Shown here: piece by piece, positions 42,101 to 48,100 of the stretch
Layout of the letters: each line of letters begins with the position of its first letter
Position numbering within the stretch: position 1 is the first letter of the stretch
Assembly: GCA_043718225.1 (NCBI GenBank)
Contig: JAYSWD010000062.1
Span: 1-52,071, forward strand
Direction of reading: 5' to 3'
Origin: Candidatus Omnitrophota bacterium
GTDB lineage: Bacteria > Omnitrophota > Omnitrophia > Omnitrophales > Aquincolibacteriaceae
Length of the DNA stretch: 52,071 nucleotides
The notes under the pieces: model-generated
What the model was told of the DNA's origin: nothing
What the model saw: the letters and a program-made list of their open reading frames with translations, nothing else
The model's database searches: none
Position numbers and translations under genes: made by a program

Positions 42101-45100
42101 CTGCGGCTTCTCCCGCGGCAACGATCAGAATCCCCAAAAAAACGGTTTTGTGGAATTTTTCTTTTAACCTATTTTTTTCGTCGCTTGTATTTATATCTCT
42201 CATTTCGGAACGGGGGCTCGTAAACTCCGGATCATTCGCGCGGTTAGGAATGAAATTTTTAATTCTGTGCAGCAATTGGCCATATTCTTTGCGCGCATGA
42301 TCATCGTAAGAATATTCAAGGTCCATTTGGTGATACATATCCGCAAGTCCTGTTTCAGTTAAACCGGGCACGAGCAGCAACATTTCTTCAAAAGTTGTCT
42401 TCCTTACAAAAAAATCAATGAACCATGCGCGGTTTTCTGCGGCAAATGCATTCAATAAAATTCGGTCCCAAGCCGCGGGCATTGCCTGTCCGTTGCTTTC
42501 AAGCGGGTGTAGCAAGTTCTCAAAAACCCAGGGAATACTTGGTCTAATATAGTTAACATTTTCTGTCCGGCTGGCCGTTTCAATTTCACGAACAGCCTTA
42601 AGAAGAGCCGGACGGTGCTCAACAACAAAATTCTGCAATGGATATAATGATCGAAAGGATTTAAGAGACGGCTCATTTCGCCCATAGGGCCCGACAACGA
42701 TTCCGTCATGCCAGCCCGGATGGGCCCAGTAATACAGAGAGCCCGCTAAGTAACTGGTTAAGCCAACTTTCAAACTGACAAGCAATTCTTCTTGGTCTTT
42801 CTGCGGAACATTCGAATCAAACTTGCCCGTTTCAAGCGTGCGGATAGCCAATGTCAAACTGCGGCGCGGGAAAAAATCGGCCCATTCTTCCTTATACGGG
42901 CCTTCCATCGTCAAACTCTGCACGTGCATGCCAAGTAAAAAAAGCGTAAATGCGGCCATGCGGTATTGATATTCACCGGGCAATTGAATGCCGCGTCCCG
43001 CGAGACGCATTTCTGTTTTTAACTCTGCACCTGTTACAGCCTGATTCGTCGCCAGCTGCATCAGAAGCGTCAACGATAAACCCCATTTTCTTTGCGAAAA
43101 ACGTTGATTAAATTGCGCTACTATTGTTTCGATTTTCTTTAAATCCTGCAAATCGGGATTTGCGCTCGCAAGTACAGCGGTTGCAATCGCCATAAAAAAA
43201 TTCATCCATGCGCGCTCAGCAACAGTCGATGTCTCCCCTTTTATTCCTGATTCCATCTTGTGTTTAAAGGCGGACCAATGCTTGTCAAAAAAGCTCAATT
43301 CGTCTTGATGAAACTTGCCGCGAATTTGGTCGACAATACCATTCAATGCCTGGGCGTCAACTTGACCAATCGCCATTTGGCGTTCCGCCTGTTCAGCCCA
43401 TCTTTGCAAATCTGCAGAAAATATTTTTGCTTCCCGCATTTCGGAGCGGGCAAGACGCAATGCTCGGCCGGTCTGACGCACAGTTTTTATCACATTTTTT
43501 TCAATGGGCGGGCGGCCGGTTTTTTCCTTAGACTCGAGATTTAAAGAAAAGCGGTAGACATTTTCTGCAAAACCAACAATGGCGGCGGTCGAAAAAAGCG
43601 CAACGGGACCGTGTATATTTTTTTCATGCCACTCTAGGAATTTCTCCGGAGTTAAAAATCGATAAACATTAATCCCGGGAAAACGGCGCCCCAGCCTGAC
43701 AAGCGTATCCTTAGCGATATCTTCATCAGGATGTACCACCACCAAATGTTCAAAGCCGGGCACGGCCGCATCGCCTTCAATGAACATGGCCTGCCTATTC
43801 GCTTTGCTTAAAAGTTCGCGAAAATCAAACCAGCGAATGTTCCCTGTCTTTTCAAATGGCTGTAATTCTTTAAAAAAATCACCGTTTCTCTTGGCCGCTG
43901 GAAGCGTTTTGATAATGCTTTTCTCAACTAACCCAACCGCAAAATGCACATGCGCCGCGACGGGTGATTTTGGATTCCGGCTTTTTGCGATTTTCCCAAC
44001 CATACTTCCCGCTTGAATTTTACGGCCTATTTTGATTTGCTGATCCAAGTCCAAATGCATATAGAAAGTCATGGGAACGTACGTTTTTCCTCCAAAACTA
44101 ATTTCTGCCGGATGCAAAAATGCGGCTGTTTGGCGCATGTTGTCATCGAAAATCCAATAAGCTACGCCTTCACCAAAAAATGCGGGAACGGACGTGCCGA
44201 TCAAAATATTGCGCCGATTCGCATGTGTATCCTGTAAATAAACGAGATCGGTCGCTTCATGCCGGTTGCCGCCAAAAGATTCTTGGCGTAGTTTCCCCTG
44301 CCCCCAATGTGTCCTGAGATCGGCATAACCCATGCCGCGGCCAATTACGAATTTTTCATTTCGACCCAGACGATTCAGCATTTGCCGCAGCCTCTCCGCA
44401 AATCTCGCCGGTTCAAACCCCTGGCTTATTAATTGCTGCTTAATTTTGGAATGCTCAGCCGGTGTCAATAAATACGCGGGCCATGACTCCGAACCATCAG
44501 CGCGGGCAACAGATGGTTGATCCCGCATTTCGGAGTGATTATTTTCAACTTCCCAAAAAATATTTTCTGAATGATTCCTGTCATAATCACCTTGGAACCG
44601 GCGACCGCTATAAGCATCCTTCCGGATTGGGAAAAATTTATCGATGTGATGAAGAATCGTTTTTTCTTCCATGTAAGGGCGCATATCGGCAAGTAAATAA
44701 GCTCGACCTTCTTGCAGCAATTCTTTTGATTTAGCCAGCCATTCGCGCGGATTGCCAAGCGGGTCTGTGCTTAAATCAATCATCGTCACAAGATCAAATG
44801 AATGCGGCGCAAGATTGTTTTGTGTTAAATCAAGCTTCCCAATTTCAGCGTGAATAACGGGGTAGAGCAAAGGAGCAATTCCTTTGGCTTCTAATTGGTC
44901 ATTTAAATTTTTTCTGGCCATGCTTATGGAACGCGTTAAGGCTGCATCGCCATCAACAAAAACTACATCTTTCCCCATTAAATATAAAAAATGGGGCAGC
45001 CATTTTGAGCCGTTACCGGCCACCAGCACTCGCTGAACAGGCCGCTGTGAAATTTCTTCCGCAATGATTTTTGTCCGGTCAAGTTCATCTCTAAGCTGAT

Positions 45101-48100
45101 CCAGATTTAGCCGGTTGACTGACCTAATTTCTGAAAATAAATCGTAAACTTCCTGCGGTGTTAAATCTCTGCGCAGTTCGGAGCGTTGAAACAACTGACC
45201 CTTCCCAACCGCGTAGGTTGAACCTACGCGGTTATTCGAGGTAGCAAGCGCCCGCATTTCGGAGCGTGCAAGCTTTTCCAGCGAGGGACGAAGCCATACG
45301 AGTCCACGTTCCAGCGTTGTTCGAACTGCGTGAATTTCCTGGTAATAATTTTCAAAAGCGGCGCGAACCTCGGGCGTAAATGCTTCACGACTTATCGCGG
45401 AGTACTTTTCCTGTTCCTTGGCGATTCGTTGTAAGAAGAAATCAATTTGATCGGTTCCAGTAGAAGGTGGCCGCAGCTTTTCTACCCAGCCTTCAACCAT
45501 TTTAATTTCTGTAATTGTCGGCTGCTCCCCATCGTCACTCTTCCCATCTAACATCTGTAATACGGTCGTTGCCATTTTTTGTCTGCTCGATTGACTTTCC
45601 AACGCTAACACCTTCGCCGCAACGTAAGCTAAGGTTTGATTGCTGTGAGTACGAAAAAATTGTTCCAAACTGCTTCTGAAGTCTGCTGATTGAGCACTAA
45701 GTGCTCGCATCAAAACCTCAAATGCTTTTGACATATGGCTACTTAAAGACGGTACAAACATTTGCCAAAGCTTAACGGTTAAATCGTCCGAAAGAATTTG
45801 CGTGCGCTCGGCTGATTTCAAGGCGCTTTCAAAAATTTGGATGTCGCCTGAAAAATAGGGGCGTAAGAATCCTTTAGGCTTTTCATAGAATCGTTTTTTG
45901 AATAATTTCTGCGCCACCTCACCCGTCACCTCCGGGACCAACAACTCAGAAAGTTCCTTTTCAAGCTCTCTCTGTATTTCGAAATCATGAAACCACTTCT
46001 TGACTGCCCCAACCCATTCCCACACCCTTTCCCACCCCCGCATTTCGGAGCGAACCTTAACCAAAGGCGGTGTCTGAATATTGGGATCTCCCTCCAGCTC
46101 AATCGTATTGCTGTCCAGCCATAAAACACGTCCGATTTCCTGCATAGGCTCCATTTTAAAAATCTTTCCATCATCGGTTATTCTTAATGTCATACCCAAA
46201 TTAAGATTCTGCGGAATGGCAGTCTCCGGAGCCGTTTCGCTGATTTTTTCGACCTGATATAAACCGTCTCTCTGATTTAAAACCCGCAGGCTAATATATG
46301 CCTGCGCGCTCCTGTCAGGAGTCACCATTAAAACCGAGCCCTGTTCTGGTTTACGGGGATCCAAAAATGGTCCCCGTGCAGACCATTCTTCAAATGGCTG
46401 CTTAACCGCTTTGAGAGAAGAGCCGACTTTTAAATCTGAAAGCCATCGGGACAGAGCTCTAATCAATGAAAAATTTCCGGTCTCACCGACAAAAAACCGT
46501 GCATGCTCGGTTTGCGCCTCCCATATCAGCCAATTTAAAATGGTTAATCCAACCGCTTGCCCCTGATATGTTTTAAAACTTTCTTCTGATGCGCCGCCAA
46601 GCGGATGAAAACCATGAACAATTTGGTAGCCTTTTTTACCGTCTGGAAAAATATTCCTTATAAAAGCAACGGACCCCGTTTTTTTATTTTCGATAAAAAC
46701 ATCAGCGTGATAAAAATCATAGGTCCCGTATTTCTCGTCCATCCCCTTTTCTGAAAATTCGACCGCGAGCCGAACAGATGGGCCGCCGTTTTTTAAGTTT
46801 TTTAATTCGATTTGACGCACTTTAACTTTTTTGGGCCATTTTTTAAAAAAACCTTTCCGAGATTCGGAACGAGCTTTCACGAATGAATTGCGAATAGCCG
46901 CTGGTGGCTTGCGAGAAACCATTGGGGACAGTGCTGAAACAGCTTGGTACCCTTTGATTTCAGCACGCCAAGACTGTGGCTCAAACGGATGCGGTTCAGC
47001 GGGACTCATCGCTCGCAAATGCGACGTCGCGGTCATGAGCTTCAAATAATTCTCGCGCCCTTTGATTTGGGCAATTCGAGGCTGGATACGGACGTAGGAA
47101 ATATTATTCTGTTTGAGCAGTTCGCCCAAACCCGCAGAGTGAAAACCTCCGGTGATGATCGCCGCCTTTTCGATTTTTTCTTTTTTAATCCAGGCGAGCG
47201 TGTTATTAAACATCATCTCATCTCGTTCTTCAGCTGTTGTGTAAAATTCAACCGCCTTCTCGCAGACAACCTTAACGCTCGCGGGCCACGAACCACGAGC
47301 CACGTTAACGTCCATGCTCTGCCGTGGCCCGTGGTCCGTGGTCCGTGGAACGAGCTGTTGCCACTCATCCTTAGAAAGTTCAAGACGCAACAATTTCCGG
47401 AGCAAAAGATATTCGCGGTATTTTTGAATGAGTTTTTTCTCATCCGGAGTTTGCGCCAATTTTTCAATCAGCTTGTCTTCGAGGTTTTTAATTTCTTTGA
47501 TCAAAGCGGGGGCGTCCAATTCCTGTGTAAGAATCTGCTTCCCCCACTCCTTGGAAAGCACGGGATAATCTTTGAACTTAAAACCTTTCGGCGATGCCCG
47601 CTCATAAAAATTTTCAAAAAACTGACGGACATCTCCGCGTTCCACGGGCCACGGACCACGAGCCACGGAGAGAACGTCTTTGGACAATCCTTTTTGACCC
47701 AACCATTCGCCCAACCGCTTTGTTTCTATTTCTATATTCGTGTTTCGTGGCTCGTGGCCCGTGGCTCGATCGTAAGATTTCAACTTTTGAAATCTGACGA
47801 GCATGGGCCAATCGTATTGTTCGCGTGCATCGCCCAAGTCTAGATTTAAAGATTTGCGCGCATGGCTTGCGAGCGACTCGATATGACGGGCATAATCTGT
47901 TTGAACTTCTTCCTGAAAACTCCATTGCCGAAAATAAGCGGCAAGCTCTGGATTTAAAACCTGCGAAGCTTTCGTCAAAAGCCCGGACTTCATTTCATTC
48001 AAGAAAGCGTTGGATTTTTCCTTCGCGCTTATCACAGCACGAAATTGTTCGAGATTTTTTTTGTAAAGATCGAGATCTTCGATTCCATAGCCCTCAACGC

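Noticed and set aside
46944-47843. 299-aa + strand ORF, along with many other 60-140-aa + strand ORFs between 22.8 and 48.2 kb (for example 40895-41281, 30867-31220, 34893-35240).
   Set aside because: They lie antisense to the giant ORF and translate to low-complexity, Arg/Ser/Phe-rich sequences with no motifs. Their openness is explained by the repeat words and the codon phase of the sense ORF. The only antisense ORFs with real family signatures are the DUF433/DUF5615 pair.
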